From an uncultured Gemmatimonadales bacterium (lineage in GTDB: Bacteria > Gemmatimonadota > Gemmatimonadetes > Longimicrobiales > Longimicrobiaceae), in the NCBI GenBank assembly GCA_963716255.1, contig OY970303.1:64001-128000 (forward strand): a DNA stretch of 64,000 nucleotides. Reading direction: 5' to 3'. Positions 11,024 to 20,079 of the stretch are shown here, in pieces. Under the pieces are notes generated by a model. That model was given only the letters and a program-made list of their open reading frames with translations. It was not told where the DNA came from and did not search any database. Positions within the stretch are counted from its first letter, which is position 1. Every line of letters begins with the position of its first letter. The position numbers and the translations under genes were made by a program.

Positions 11024-11072
11024 TTGCGCTTCGGGTTACGTTCGGGTATAATTCTATTCGGTGATTCTTCGG
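11024..11072 (+). promoter_or_regulatory. sigma70-type lexA promoter overlapped by 11-bp-period NTTC direct repeats (candidate LexA boxes)
   Basis: TTGCGC(11024)-17 bp-TATAAT(11047); TTC at 11030/11041/11052 and 11057/11068. Confidence 0.7.
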
Positions 11073-11105
11073 ATCGCAATTGGTCCACTTCCCCGGAGCC
11101 CTCGA

Positions 11106-11714
11106 ATGGCACTCACCAAGCGTCAGCGGCAGATCCTGGACTACGTCCAAAGCTTCATCGAGGCGTACGGGTACTCGCCCAGCTTCGAGGAGATCGCGGA
11201 GCACTTCGGCTACTCCTCCCTTGCGACGGTGCACGAGCATCTGTCTAATCTGGAGCAAAAGGGCTTCCTGCGGAAGAACTACAACAAGAGCCGCTCCCTG
11301 GAGGTCGTGCCGGCCGAGATGGGCACGCTCGCCGTTGAGCTTCCCCTCCTGGGCTCGGTCGCCGCGGGCCTGCCCATCGAGGCGCTCCGCGACAACGAGG
11401 ACACCGTCGCGGTGCCGCACGACATGGTTCCCAAGGGGAACAACTACGTGCTGCGGGTCAAGGGAAGCTCCATGGTGGACGAGCAGATCCGCGACGGGGA
11501 CTACATCATCGTCAACTCCCGCGTCACCGCGGACAACGGCGAGATGGTGGTGGCGCTGGTGGGCGGCGAGTCGGCCACGGTGAAGAAGTTCTACCGCGAG
11601 CGCGACGGCCGCATCCGCCTGCAGCCGGCCAACCCCACCATGCAGCCCATGTACTTCCAGCCGGACGAGGTCCAGATCCAGGGGATCGTCGTCGGCGTGA
11701 TCCGCAAGTACTGA
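11106..11714 (+). CDS. lexA: LexA repressor
   Basis: LTKRQRQIL...PSFEEIA wHTH; VAAG cleavage site; catalytic GSSM and TVKK. Confidence 0.96.
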   Translation: MALTKRQRQILDYVQSFIEAYGYSPSFEEIAEHFGYSSLATVHEHLSNLEQKGFLRKNYNKSRSLEVVPAEMGTLAVELPLLGSVAAGLPIEALRDNEDTVAVPHDMVPKGNNYVLRVKGSSMVDEQIRDGDYIIVNSRVTADNGEMVVALVGGESATVKKFYRERDGRIRLQPANPTMQPMYFQPDEVQIQGIVVGVIRKY

Positions 11715-11804
11715 CCGGCATTCCGCCCGGCGCCGCGCAACCTGCGGCGCCCGGTCCCCTTCCGCGCGCCCCCGGGCGCGGCGACCTACAGCAGGAGGCG
11801 AGCC

Positions 11805-11981
11805 ATGCAGGGAGTCGAGCCGGTGCCGTTCGTGGTGGGGCGCATCGCCCGCGACGGCAAGAGGATGATGGTGCTGGAGGCCGCCACGCCCGCGCCGTTC
11901 CCGGGGCCCTGGGACCTGCGCGCGGTGTTCGCTCCCGGGACCGGGTCTGCTTCGTCACCTGGCATCAGGCGCGCCATCTAG
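11805..11981 (+). CDS. Small hypothetical protein (58 aa) downstream of lexA
   Basis: AGGAGG RBS before ATG 11805; MQGVEPVPFVVGRIARDGKRMMVLE...IRRAI*; below the ORF-track cutoff. Confidence 0.5.
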   Translation: MQGVEPVPFVVGRIARDGKRMMVLEAATPAPFPGPWDLRAVFAPGTGSASSPGIRRAI

Positions 11982-12003
11982 TTTTTGCGTGTCGGGCGGA
12001 GGC

Positions 12004-12136
12004 GGCGGGCCGCTCCGGAGCCCGGACGATACTGCCGTCCGGTCTCCTACGCGGGCTCGGCGAGCCCCGGGAAACGGCCCCCGGGTCTCACCTCGCCGGA
12101 GTGAGCCTCGCCAAACTGCCGGCGAGTCTCCCTCCG
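12004..12136 (+). repeat. Repeat family A, copy 2
   Basis: Reverse complement of A1. Confidence 0.85.
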
Positions 12137-12190
12137 TACATGATTTTGTGGGTACGGCAACGGCTTCGTTCGCCGCGCACCCGAAAGCAG

Positions 12191-12220
12191 AAGCCCCTCC
12201 CGGGATCCCGGAGGGGCTTT
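12191..12220. terminator. Hairpin, putative terminator
   Basis: AAGCCCCTCC...GGAGGGGCTT between convergent units. Confidence 0.5.
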
Positions 12221-12327
12221 CGTGCGTGCGTCGGGTCCGTGCTTGGTACCCCGCTTTTACGGAATCCGTGTAGGTCGAGGTTCTTGGGCGTCGGCGAGGG
12301 GCTGAAGGCAGGCATACCGAGCAGGTC

Positions 12328-12374
12328 CTCCCCCTCTCCCCTCGTGGGAGAGGGGGCCGGGGGTGAGGGGGCCC
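12328..12374 (-). repeat. Repeat family C, short form
   Basis: CCCCCTCTCCC-CTCGT-GGGAGAGGGGG-CCGGGGGTGAGGGGGCCC. Confidence 0.75.
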
Positions 12375-12400
12375 ACCCCTGCGGACGCCAGCGCGGGCCC

Positions 12401-12532
12401 CGCGTGAGGGATTTCGGCCCGAAGGGGCGAGACCGCGCGGCTGTTTGCGCGGGCTCGACTCCGTTACGCACGGTCGTTTCGTGCGTTACGGAGCCGAAGC
12501 CCGACCCCGGCGCCAGCCGGGGGCACGCCCGA
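12401..12532 (-). repeat. Structured dispersed repeat family B, copy 1
   Basis: Aligns with 32345, 37573, 45190, 48044 and 62518. Confidence 0.9.
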
Positions 12533-12597
12533 ACCCCGCCGTCCAGCCCGCCTCAACCGGATCCGGATCACACCTCAGAGCAGTTCCGGCGCACGAG

Positions 12598-12918
12598 CTA
12601 CCCAGGGGATGCGAGCTTCAGCCCGACGATCCCGGCGACGATCAGGGCGATGCACACCAGCCGCATCGCACCGGCCGGCTCGCCCAGGAGCACCATCCCG
12701 AGAATCGCCGTCCCGACGGTCCCGATTCCCGTCCACACCGCGTACGCCGTGCCCAGGGGCAGCGTTCGCAGCGCGCTGCCGAGGAGCACCACGCTGGCGA
12801 CCAGCGCGGCCGCCGTGCCGGCGGACGGCCACGGGCGGGTGAATCCGTTCGTGTACTTCAGGCCGACGGCCCACCCGACCTCCAGCAGACCCGCGAGCAG
12901 CAGAAGACCCCACGCCAT
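12598..12918 (-). CDS. sugE: SMR-family guanidinium exporter Gdx/SugE
   Basis: [42 protein letters not shown]; riboswitch directly upstream. Confidence 0.93.
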   Translation of the reverse strand: MAWGLLLLAGLLEVGWAVGLKYTNGFTRPWPSAGTAAALVASVVLLGSALRTLPLGTAYAVWTGIGTVGTAILGMVLLGEPAGAMRLVCIALIVAGIVGLKLASPG

Positions 12919-12936
12919 GACTCGCCTCCAGATCCG

Positions 12937-12990
12937 GTGTGGGGCCGTCCCCACGTGCGTAGCGACCGAGCGAGGTCGTCCCCGCTCGAC
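12937..12990 (-). promoter_or_regulatory. Guanidine-II (mini-ykkC) riboswitch
   Basis: Two hairpins with ACGR loops (GAGCGGGG-ACGA-CCTCGCTC; GTGGGG-ACGG-CCCCAC) just before the GGAGG RBS of sugE. Confidence 0.9.
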
Positions 12991-13016
12991 ATGGACGTAC
13001 TACGCGGAACGACGGG

Positions 13017-14138
13017 TCACGGCGCGGCGGAGCGGATGGCCGAGTCGAGATCGGCCCACAGGTCTTCGGCGTCCTCGATCCCGACGCTGAGCCGCAGGAG
13101 CGAAGGCGGCAGGTGTTCCTGTCCCGGGATCGCGGCCCGCCGCTCCATCGTCGATTCCACGCCTCCGAGACTGGTGGCATGGCGGACGAGCCTCACGTTC
13201 CGGCAGACCGCGTCGGCCATCCCGGCCTCGCCGCGCAGGTCGAACGAGACGACGGTCCCGAAGCCCCGGAGCACGCGCCGGGCGATCGCGTGCGTCGGAT
13301 GCGAGGGCAGGCCCGGGTACCGGACGCGGGCGACCGACGGGTGCCTCTCGAGCCGCTCCGCGAGGCTGCCGGCCGTCTGCTGGGCCCGCTCCAGGCGAAT
13401 GGCCAGCGTCCGCGCGCCGCGGACGGCGAGAAAGGCTTCGAGCGTTCCCGGCGTGGCGCCGGTCAGCTCGCGAGACTGCCGGAGGGCGTGCCACAGGGCG
13501 TCGTCCCGGGTCGTGGCGATCCCCGCCAGCAGGTCGGAGTGGCCGCCGATGAGCTTGGTCGCCGACTGCAGGGACACCGTAGCGCCGAAGTCGAGCGGCC
13601 GCTGGTTCAGGGGCGTGGCGAAGGTGTTGTCCACCGCCACCATCGCTCCGGGCCTGCGCGGCGCCGCGCACACGGCCTCCAGGTCCGCCACGGTGAGCAG
13701 CGGGTTCGAGGGCGATTCGAGCCAGACCAGGTCGGCGGCGCCGCACGCACGGATCCAGGCGGCCGTGTCGTCCCCCGCCACCCGCCGCACCGACCAGCGT
13801 CCCTTTTCGGCGCCTGCGGCCGCCAGCCCCGCGACGCCCTGGTAGCAGTCGTCCGGGAGCGCCACGACGGCTCCCGCCGGGAGCTGGTCGAACACCGCGG
13901 CGATGGCGGCCATGCCGGAGGCGAACGCCACGGCCCTGCCGGACTCCAGCCCGCCGACGATGTCCTCGAGCGCTTCCCAGGTGGGAGTGCCGTCGTCGCG
14001 CGAGTAGCCGCGCCCGCCGCCGAGGATGAAGGTCGACGCGGGGACCAGCGGCGCGTTCAGCGGGGCCCCGGGCCCGGAGGGGCGCCCCGCCGAGACGAGC
14101 CACGATTCCGGTCTGATTCCGGACGGTTGCCTGTCCAT
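13017..14138 (-). CDS. Cys/Met metabolism PLP-dependent enzyme (cystathionine gamma-synthase/lyase family)
   Basis: YSRDDGTPT, FASGMAA, WLESPSNP, VDNTFATP, SATKLIGGHSD, SLGGVES, LRLSVGIE. Confidence 0.92.
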   Translation of the reverse strand: MDRQPSGIRPESWLVSAGRPSGPGAPLNAPLVPASTFILGGGRGYSRDDGTPTWEALEDIVGGLESGRAVAFASGMAAIAAVFDQLPAGAVVALPDDCYQGVAGLAAAGAEKGRWSVRRVAGDDTAAWIRACGAADLVWLESPSNPLLTVADLEAVCAAPRRPGAMVAVDNTFATPLNQRPLDFGATVSLQSATKLIGGHSDLLAGIATTRDDALWHALRQSRELTGATPGTLEAFLAVRGARTLAIRLERAQQTAGSLAERLERHPSVARVRYPGLPSHPTHAIARRVLRGFGTVVSFDLRGEAGMADAVCRNVRLVRHATSLGGVESTMERRAAIPGQEHLPPSLLRLSVGIEDAEDLWADLDSAIRSAAP

Positions 14139-14167
14139 GTTACGTATGCCTCCAGGCGAGACGAGTC

Positions 14168-14212
14168 GTCAGCTCCGACAGACCAGCGAGAAACAGCAAA
14201 GCCCCACGCCAC
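14168..14212 (-). pseudogene. Frameshifted remnant of the sugE 5' end
   Basis: GTG GCG TGG GGC +T TTG CTG TTT CTC GCT GGT CTG TCG GAG reads VAWG/LLFLAGLSE, versus sug[14 protein letters not shown]. Confidence 0.7.
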
Positions 14213-14230
14213 GACTCGCCTGCGAGTCTG

Positions 14231-14284
14231 GTGTGGGGCCGTCCCCACCTGCGTACGGGAGAGACGGGGCCGTCCCCGCTCTGT
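14231..14284 (-). promoter_or_regulatory. Second guanidine-II riboswitch copy
   Basis: CGGGG-ACGG-CCCCG and GTGGGG-ACGG-CCCCAC hairpins; flanks similar to 12919-12990. Confidence 0.8.
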
Positions 14285-14362
14285 ATGTGGGCGCTAATCT
14301 ACACGGGCGAGAGCGTTTACGTCAACGGGCCCCTGGCCGTGCCGCGAGCCTGCGCACGCGGC

Positions 14363-15418
14363 CTAGCGTCTCGTCGCCGCGCGCAGCGCCTCCAGCGCGG
14401 TCCACCCCGCCCCGCCGTCCAGCGCTTCCTCGGCCTTCCGGACCCCTTCCACCAGCGTTTCCGCCCGCCCCGCGACGTAGATCGCGGCGCCCGCGTTCAG
14501 CGCCACGGCCGCGCGGGCGGAGCCGCCCATCCGGCCGCGCAGGACGCGCTCGATGGTGCGGGCGTTCTCCTCGGGCTCGCTCCCGCCCAGCCCCTCCACG
14601 TCGGCGGGCTCCCAGCCCAGCTCGGCGCGCGGGTCCAGGGTGCTGCGCGTGAGCTCGCCGTCCTTGAGCTCGATCACCGCCGTCGGGCCGATGGGGCTCA
14701 GCTCGTCCATCCCCGGCTCGCCGTGCACCACCAGGGCGCGCTCGTGGCCCAGCTCGCGCAGACCGCCGGCGATCAGCTCCAGCAGCCCCGGGTCGGAGAC
14801 GCCCACCACCTGGCGGCGGGCCATGGCGGGGTTGGTGAGCGGGCCCAGCACGTTCATCAGCGTGGGCATCCCCAGCTCGCGGCGGACCGGGCCCACGTGG
14901 CGCATGGCGGGGTGGTGCAGCGGCGCGAACATGAAGACGATGCCTGCCTCCTCCAGCACGCGCGCTTCCTGCTCCGGCGTCAGGTCCAGCCGCACGCCCA
15001 GCGCCTCCAGCACGTCCGCGCTGCCGCAGCGCGAGGTGAAGCTGCGATTGCCGTGCTTGGCGACGCGCACCCCGGCCCCGGCGGCGACCAGCGCCGCGGC
15101 GGTGGAGATGTTGAAGGTGGTGAGCGCTCCGCCGCCGGTGCCGCAGGTGTCCACCAGCTCCGCCGTGGAGTCCACCGGCACAGCGACCATGGCGCGCCGC
15201 AGCGCGCGGACGCCGCCCGCGACCTCGTCCGGCACGGCGCCGCGGACGCGGATGGCCACCAGCAGCGCCGCCATCTGCACCGGGCTGGCGTTGCCGCCCA
15301 TCACCTCGCCGAAGGCGCGCTCGGCCTCGGCGGCTGTGAGGGGGCGCAGCGTGGCGGCGCGGACCAGCTCGCCCAGCGACATCCCGGCGGCCTCGCCGGA
15401 CAGCAGTCCGTCGCTCAT
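14363..15418 (-). CDS. trpD: Anthranilate phosphoribosyltransferase
   Basis: DTCGTGG, TFNIST, AKHGNRS, GSADVLEALG, FAPLHHPAM. Confidence 0.96.
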   Translation of the reverse strand: MSDGLLSGEAAGMSLGELVRAATLRPLTAAEAERAFGEVMGGNASPVQMAALLVAIRVRGAVPDEVAGGVRALRRAMVAVPVDSTAELVDTCGTGGGALTTFNISTAAALVAAGAGVRVAKHGNRSFTSRCGSADVLEALGVRLDLTPEQEARVLEEAGIVFMFAPLHHPAMRHVGPVRRELGMPTLMNVLGPLTNPAMARRQVVGVSDPGLLELIAGGLRELGHERALVVHGEPGMDELSPIGPTAVIELKDGELTRSTLDPRAELGWEPADVEGLGGSEPEENARTIERVLRGRMGGSARAAVALNAGAAIYVAGRAETLVEGVRKAEEALDGGAGWTALEALRAATRR

Positions 15419-15527
15419 GCGGCTTCCCCCGCGCGGCGGGGGCGGGGCGGAGGGGTCCGGGCCGGTGGAACGGTGGACATCGGGCCGTCGGTGCGGGTGG
15501 AACGCGCTCTCGCGAAGCGGGGCCGGG

Positions 15528-15603
15528 ATCATACCCACGCCCGGCGGAGACTGTCAATCGCGCCGCGGCGCGCGCTTGACACCGGGTACCCGCCGGGTAG
15601 CTT
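15528..15603. promoter_or_regulatory. Back-to-back sigma70-type promoters for trpD (-) and truA (+)
   Basis: Minus strand: TTGACA(15557)-18-TATGAT. Plus strand: TTGACA(15576)-16-TAGCTT, ending 7 nt before the truA GTG (probably leaderless). Confidence 0.65.
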
Positions 15604-15610
15604 GTCGCGC

Positions 15611-16423
15611 GTGAGCTCAACGGAAACGCACCGCATCCGCTTCACCGTCCACTACGACGGTCGCGACTTCTTCGGCTGGCAGGTGCAGGCGAAGGGGAGG
15701 ACCGTGCAGGGCGAGCTGGAGCGTGTCCTGTCGCGCCTGTTCGCCCGCCCCGCCGGGGTGATCGGCTCGGGGCGCACGGACCGCGGGGTGCACGCGACCG
15801 GCCAGGTGGCCGCCGTGGACGCTCCGCTCAAGTGGACGCCCCACGCGCTGCGCCGCGCCCTCAACGCCCTGCTCCCCGGCGACGTGTGGATCGCGGACGC
15901 GGCGGAGGCGGCGCCGCGCTTCCACCCGCGCTACGACGCCGTGGCGCGCTCGTACGTGTACCGCGTGGGCCTGGCGCCGGAGGCGCACTCGCCCTTCCGC
16001 GCCCGCTGGTGCTGGCCCCTGGGGAAGCCGCTGGACCGCGCCGCGATGGAGCGCGCCACGGGCGTTCTCGTGGGCGACCACTCCTTCAAGGCCTTCGCCA
16101 AGGCGGGCCAGGAGGAGCGCGGGGACCGCTGCATCGTCGCGGAGGCGCACTGGGCGGAGTGGGAGCTGGCGGGGATCGAGTTCCACGTGACCGCGAACCG
16201 CTTCCTCCACCACATGGTGCGCTACCTGGTGGGGACGCTGGTGGACGTGGGCGTGGGCGTTCGCCCGGAGGGCGACGTGGCGGCCCTTCTCGCGCAGATC
16301 CCGGGGCTGGAGACCTCGCCGCCCGCGCCGCCGGAGGGGCTTTTCTTGCGGGAGGTGCGGTACGGCCCTCACCCGGCGGCCCTGGAGCCACCACCCTCTC
16401 CCGATTCTGGGAGCGGGGGCTGA
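15611..16423 (+). CDS. truA: tRNA pseudouridine(38-40) synthase
   Basis: YDGRDFFGWQ, GSGRTDRGVHATGQV, FHPRY, NRFLHHMVR, APPEGLFL; last ~19 codons are repeat-derived. Confidence 0.95.
   Translation: MSSTETHRIRFTVHYDGRDFFGWQVQAKGRTVQGELERVLSRLFARPAGVIGSGRTDRGVHATGQVAAVDAPLKWTPHALRRALNALLPGDVWIADAAEAAPRFHPRYDAVARSYVYRVGLAPEAHSPFRARWCWPLGKPLDRAAMERATGVLVGDHSFKAFAKAGQEERGDRCIVAEAHWAEWELAGIEFHVTANRFLHHMVRYLVGTLVDVGVGVRPEGDVAALLAQIPGLETSPPAPPEGLFLREVRYGPHPAALEPPPSPDSGSGG
16364..16420 (+). repeat. Repeat family C, long form, inside the truA 3' end
   Basis: GGCCCTCACCCGGCGGCCCTGGAGCCACCACCCTCTCCCGATTCTGGGAGCGGGG, similar to the reverse complement of 61581-61637. Confidence 0.85.
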
Positions 16424-16523
16424 ACGACGGGGCGCTTCGGTTGGCTCGGGGTATGGGGTCGGCCGGGGGATGCTCCCCCAACCTCCCGGCGAGCATCGCA
16501 GGAACGGCGACGGCCCGGCAGTG

Positions 16524-16570
16524 CTCCCCCTCTCCCGCTTGCGGGGGAGGGGGCCGGGGGGAGGGGGTCC
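16524..16570 (-). repeat. Repeat family C, short form (inverted partner of 16364)
   Basis: CCCCCTCTCCC-GCTTGC-GGGGGAGGGGG-CCGGGGGGAGGGGGTCC. Confidence 0.75.
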
Positions 16571-16643
16571 GCCACGGTGCGCCGGAGCCGACGCGCGCGG
16601 ACCGTTGCCGTTCGCAGTTGCCCGCCGTTCCCGAAAGATGTTG

Positions 16644-16773
16644 CGGAGGGAGACCCGCCGGCCGTTTGGCGGGGCTCCCGCAGCGGGAGCGGAGACAGCG
16701 GGGCAGTTTCCGCTGGCTCCGCGACCCGCGTAGGAAACAGGCCGGCAGTTTGGCCTGGTTCCGGAGCGGCCCC
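16644..16773 (-). repeat. Repeat family A, copy 3
   Basis: Three GAGAC..GGCNGTTT..GGCTC-type modules. Confidence 0.8.
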
Positions 16774-16793
16774 AACTCAGACACAGAAAAACC

Positions 16794-18233
16794 ATGTCGA
16801 TCGATCGATACAGCAACCCGCTGACCGAGCGCTACGCCTCCCCGGAGATGTCGCGCATCTTCTCGCCGGCCTTCAAGTTCGGCACCTGGCGCCGTCTCTG
16901 GCTGGCGCTGGCGGAGGCGGAAAAGGAGCTGGGCCTCCCCATCCCGGACGAGGCGATCGCCGGGATCCGCGCGCACCTGGACGACTTCGACCTGAAGCGG
17001 GCGGCGGAGCTGGAAAAGCAGCTCCGGCACGACGTCATGGCCCACGTGCACCACCTGGGCGAGCAGACGCCGGAGGCCCGCGCCATCATCCACCTGGGCG
17101 CCACCTCGGCGTACGTGGGCGACAACACGGACCTGATCCAGCACCACGAGGCGCTGAAGCTGGTCCGCCGCCGCATCGTCAACGCGGTGGCGGCGCTGGC
17201 GGAGTTCGCCCGGGAGCACCGCGGCCTGCCGACGCTGGGCTACACCCATTTCCAGCCCGCCCAGCCCACCACGGTGGGGAAGCGGGCGACGCTCTGGATC
17301 CAGGACCTGCTGCTGGACCTGGAGGAAACGGAGTTCCGCCTGGACACGCTGCGCTTTCGCGGGGTGCGGGGCACCACGGGGACGCAGGCCTCGTTCGTGG
17401 ACCTGTTCGAGGGCGACGGGGCGAAGGTGGAGCGGCTCAACCGCCTGGTGGCGGAGAAGATGGGCTTCGCGGACCGGCTCTACGGCGTGACCGGGCAGAC
17501 GTACACCCGCAAGACCGACTACGCCTGCCTGGCGACGCTGGCGGGGGTCGCCCAGTCGGCGAGCAAGTTCGCCAACGACGTGCGCCTTCTCTCGCACCTC
17601 AAGGAGGTGGAGGAGCCGTTCGAGGAGCACCAGATCGGCTCCAGCGCCATGGCGTACAAGCGCAACCCCATGCGCTCGGAGCGCATCGGGGCGCTGGCGC
17701 GGCACGTGATCGCGCTCACCATGGACCCGGCGTTCACGGCGGCCTCTCAGTGGTTCGAGCGCACCCTGGACGACAGCGCCAACAAGCGCATCGCCGTGCC
17801 GGAGGCGTACCTGGCGACGGACGCGGTGCTCCTGATCGTGCACAACGTGGCGTCCGGGATGGTGGTGTACCCGGAGATGATCCGCCGCCACCTGATGGAG
17901 GAGCTTCCCTTCATGGCGACGGAGAACCTGATGATGCGGGCGGCCAAGCGCGGCGGCGACCGGCAGGAGCTGCACGAGCGGGTGCGCGTCCATTCCATCG
18001 CGGCGGGGCGCGAGGTCAAGCAGCACGGCCGCCCCAACGACCTGATGGACCGCATCGCGGCGGACCCGGCCTTCGGGGTGACGCGGGCGGAGCTGGAGGA
18101 GGACCTGCGCCCGGAGCTGTACGTGGGGCGCGCCCCGGAGCAGGTGGACGAGTTCCTGCAGGAGTGGGTGCGGCCCGTGCTGGAGCGGCACGCGGGCGAG
18201 CTGGAGGGGGGCGCCCCCGCCCTGCACGTCTGA
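16794..18233 (+). CDS. purB: Adenylosuccinate lyase
   Basis: RHDVMAH, IHLGATS, THFQPAQ, GSSAMAYKRNP, ERTLDDSA. Confidence 0.96.
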   Translation: MSIDRYSNPLTERYASPEMSRIFSPAFKFGTWRRLWLALAEAEKELGLPIPDEAIAGIRAHLDDFDLKRAAELEKQLRHDVMAHVHHLGEQTPEARAIIHLGATSAYVGDNTDLIQHHEALKLVRRRIVNAVAALAEFAREHRGLPTLGYTHFQPAQPTTVGKRATLWIQDLLLDLEETEFRLDTLRFRGVRGTTGTQASFVDLFEGDGAKVERLNRLVAEKMGFADRLYGVTGQTYTRKTDYACLATLAGVAQSASKFANDVRLLSHLKEVEEPFEEHQIGSSAMAYKRNPMRSERIGALARHVIALTMDPAFTAASQWFERTLDDSANKRIAVPEAYLATDAVLLIVHNVASGMVVYPEMIRRHLMEELPFMATENLMMRAAKRGGDRQELHERVRVHSIAAGREVKQHGRPNDLMDRIAADPAFGVTRAELEEDLRPELYVGRAPEQVDEFLQEWVRPVLERHAGELEGGAPALHV

Positions 18234-18260
18234 GCGCACCCGACCCGAACCGAGCGAACG

Positions 18261-19814
18261 ATGGCGACGACCGAGACCCGCGTGTCCGCAGGGGCCGCGG
18301 AGGCCCCCGCGCCCTACGCCGAGCTGACCGCCCTGCTCCGCGAGGCGGCGGTGCTGGCCTCCGTGAGTGCCACCCTGGGGTGGGACCAGGAGACCATGAT
18401 GCCCCCCGCCGCCGCTGCGCTGCGGGCGGACCAGCTCGCCGCCCTTTCCGCGCTGGTACACGAGCGGCGCACGTCGCCGCGACTGGCGGAATTGCTGGAG
18501 CGCTGCGAGGGCGACGCCGCGCTCGCCGCCGACGCGGCGGCCGCCGCCAACCTGCGCGAGATCCGCCGCCAGTACGACCTGGCGACCCGGCTCCCCACGT
18601 CGCTGGTGCGCGCCTTCGCGGAAACCTCGTCGCGCGCCCTGGAGGCGTGGAAGGACGCGCGCGAGCGGGACGACTTCGCCGCGTTCGCCCCCTGGCTGGA
18701 GCGGGTGCTGGAGCTGAACCGCGCCAAGGCGGAGTGCTACGGCGTCCCCGCGGGCGGCGAGCCGTACGACGCGCTGCTGGACGAGTACGAGCCGGGGATG
18801 ACCAGCGCCGGGGTGCGGCGGGTGTTCGGGACGCTACGGGCGGGGCTGGCGCCGCTGATCGCGGACATCGCCCGCTCCGGCGCGCGGCCCGGAGAGCGGC
18901 TGGCGGCGGTGCGCGTCCCCGTGGCGGCGCAGGAGGCACTGAACCGCAGGATCGTGCAGGCGATCGGATTCGACTTCCGCGCGGGGCGGCTGGACGTGTC
19001 CACCCACCCCTTCTGCGAGAGCCCGGGGCCGGGCGACACCCGCATGACCACGCGCTACCGCGAGGACGCCTTCCTGGACTCGCTGGTGTCGTGTCTCCAC
19101 GAGGCGGGGCACGGCATGTACGAGCAGGGCCTGCCCAAGGCCGCGGCCTTCGGGCAGCCGCTGGCGCAGCCCGCCTCGCTGGGGATCCACGAGAGCCAGT
19201 CGCGCCTGTGGGAAAACATGGTGGGCCGCTCGCGCCCCTTCTGGGAGTGGGCGCTCCCCGTGGCACAGGAGGCGTTCGGGGGGGCGCTGGCGGGGACCAC
19301 GACTGACGAGGCGTTCGGCTTCCTCAACGCGGTGGAGCCGGGGCCCACGCGGGTGGAGGCGGACGAGGCCACCTACAACCTGCACATCATGCTGCGCTTC
19401 GACCTGGAGCGCGGCATGCTGCACGGCGAGCTGCCCGTGCGCGAGCTCCCCGGCGCGTGGAACGAGCGGATGCGGCAGGACCTGGGGGTGGAGGTGCGGG
19501 ACGACCGCGCCGGCTGCCTTCAGGACATCCACTGGTCCATGGGCGCCGTCGGCTACTTTCCCACCTACACGCTGGGCAACGTGTACGCGGCGCAGCTGTG
19601 GGAAACGATGCGCGCGCAGCTCCCCGGGCTGGACGCGCAGCTCGCCCACGGCGAGTTCGGGCCGCTCCTGGGGTGGCTGCGCGACAACGTGCACCGGCAC
19701 GGCAGCCGGTACCGGGCGCCGGAGCTGTGCGAGCGGGTCACCGGCCGGCCGCCGTCTCCGGAGCCGCTGCTGGCGTATCTGGAGGGCAAGCTGCGGCCGT
19801 TGTACGGGATCTGA
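18261..19814 (+). CDS. M32 family carboxypeptidase
   Basis: HPFC, DTRMTTRY, LHEAGH, HESQSR, CLQDIHW, GYFPTYTLG. Confidence 0.95.
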   Translation: MATTETRVSAGAAEAPAPYAELTALLREAAVLASVSATLGWDQETMMPPAAAALRADQLAALSALVHERRTSPRLAELLERCEGDAALAADAAAAANLREIRRQYDLATRLPTSLVRAFAETSSRALEAWKDARERDDFAAFAPWLERVLELNRAKAECYGVPAGGEPYDALLDEYEPGMTSAGVRRVFGTLRAGLAPLIADIARSGARPGERLAAVRVPVAAQEALNRRIVQAIGFDFRAGRLDVSTHPFCESPGPGDTRMTTRYREDAFLDSLVSCLHEAGHGMYEQGLPKAAAFGQPLAQPASLGIHESQSRLWENMVGRSRPFWEWALPVAQEAFGGALAGTTTDEAFGFLNAVEPGPTRVEADEATYNLHIMLRFDLERGMLHGELPVRELPGAWNERMRQDLGVEVRDDRAGCLQDIHWSMGAVGYFPTYTLGNVYAAQLWETMRAQLPGLDAQLAHGEFGPLLGWLRDNVHRHGSRYRAPELCERVTGRPPSPEPLLAYLEGKLRPLYGI

Positions 19815-19843
19815 GGCGTTTTCTCTGCGGCTTCGGCGGGTGC

Positions 19844-19975
19844 GGTGGGCCGCTTCGGAGCCCGGCGGAAACTGCCCCGCCGGTCTCCTGCGCGGGCTCC
19901 GGGAGCCAGCCAAACGGCCGGCTGTCTCCCTCCGCCGGGGTGAGCCTCGCCAAACAGCCGGCGAGTCTCCCCCCG
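19844..19975 (+). repeat. Repeat family A, copy 4
   Basis: Aligns with A2. Confidence 0.85.
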
Positions 19976-20017
19976 AACAGAATCACGGGGGTACTGCGGG
20001 AACGGCAAATGCGACGG

Positions 20018-20061
20018 AAAAAACGAAAGCTCCCGCGGCGACGCGGGAGCTTTCGTTTTTT
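20018..20061. terminator. Bidirectional intrinsic terminator
   Basis: AAAAAACGAAAGCTCCCGC...GCGGGAGCTTTCGTTTTTT between convergent genes. Confidence 0.85.
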
Positions 20062-20079
20062 ACGACCGGTGGCGAGCGA

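Noticed and set aside
12088..12471. Short ORFs spanning repeats (also 1983-2180, 19738-19986, 62120-62605)
   Set aside because: They are translations of repeat DNA; the same pseudo-peptides recur at each copy.
12401..12532. Repeat B as a tRNA or known riboswitch
   Set aside because: No cloverleaf, T-loop or CCA; it lies mostly 3' of unrelated genes. An Rfam search is still needed.
15415..15480. 21-codon uORF overlapping the trpD start as an attenuator leader
   Set aside because: MSTVPPARTPPPRPRRAGEAA has no Trp codons and no terminator follows.
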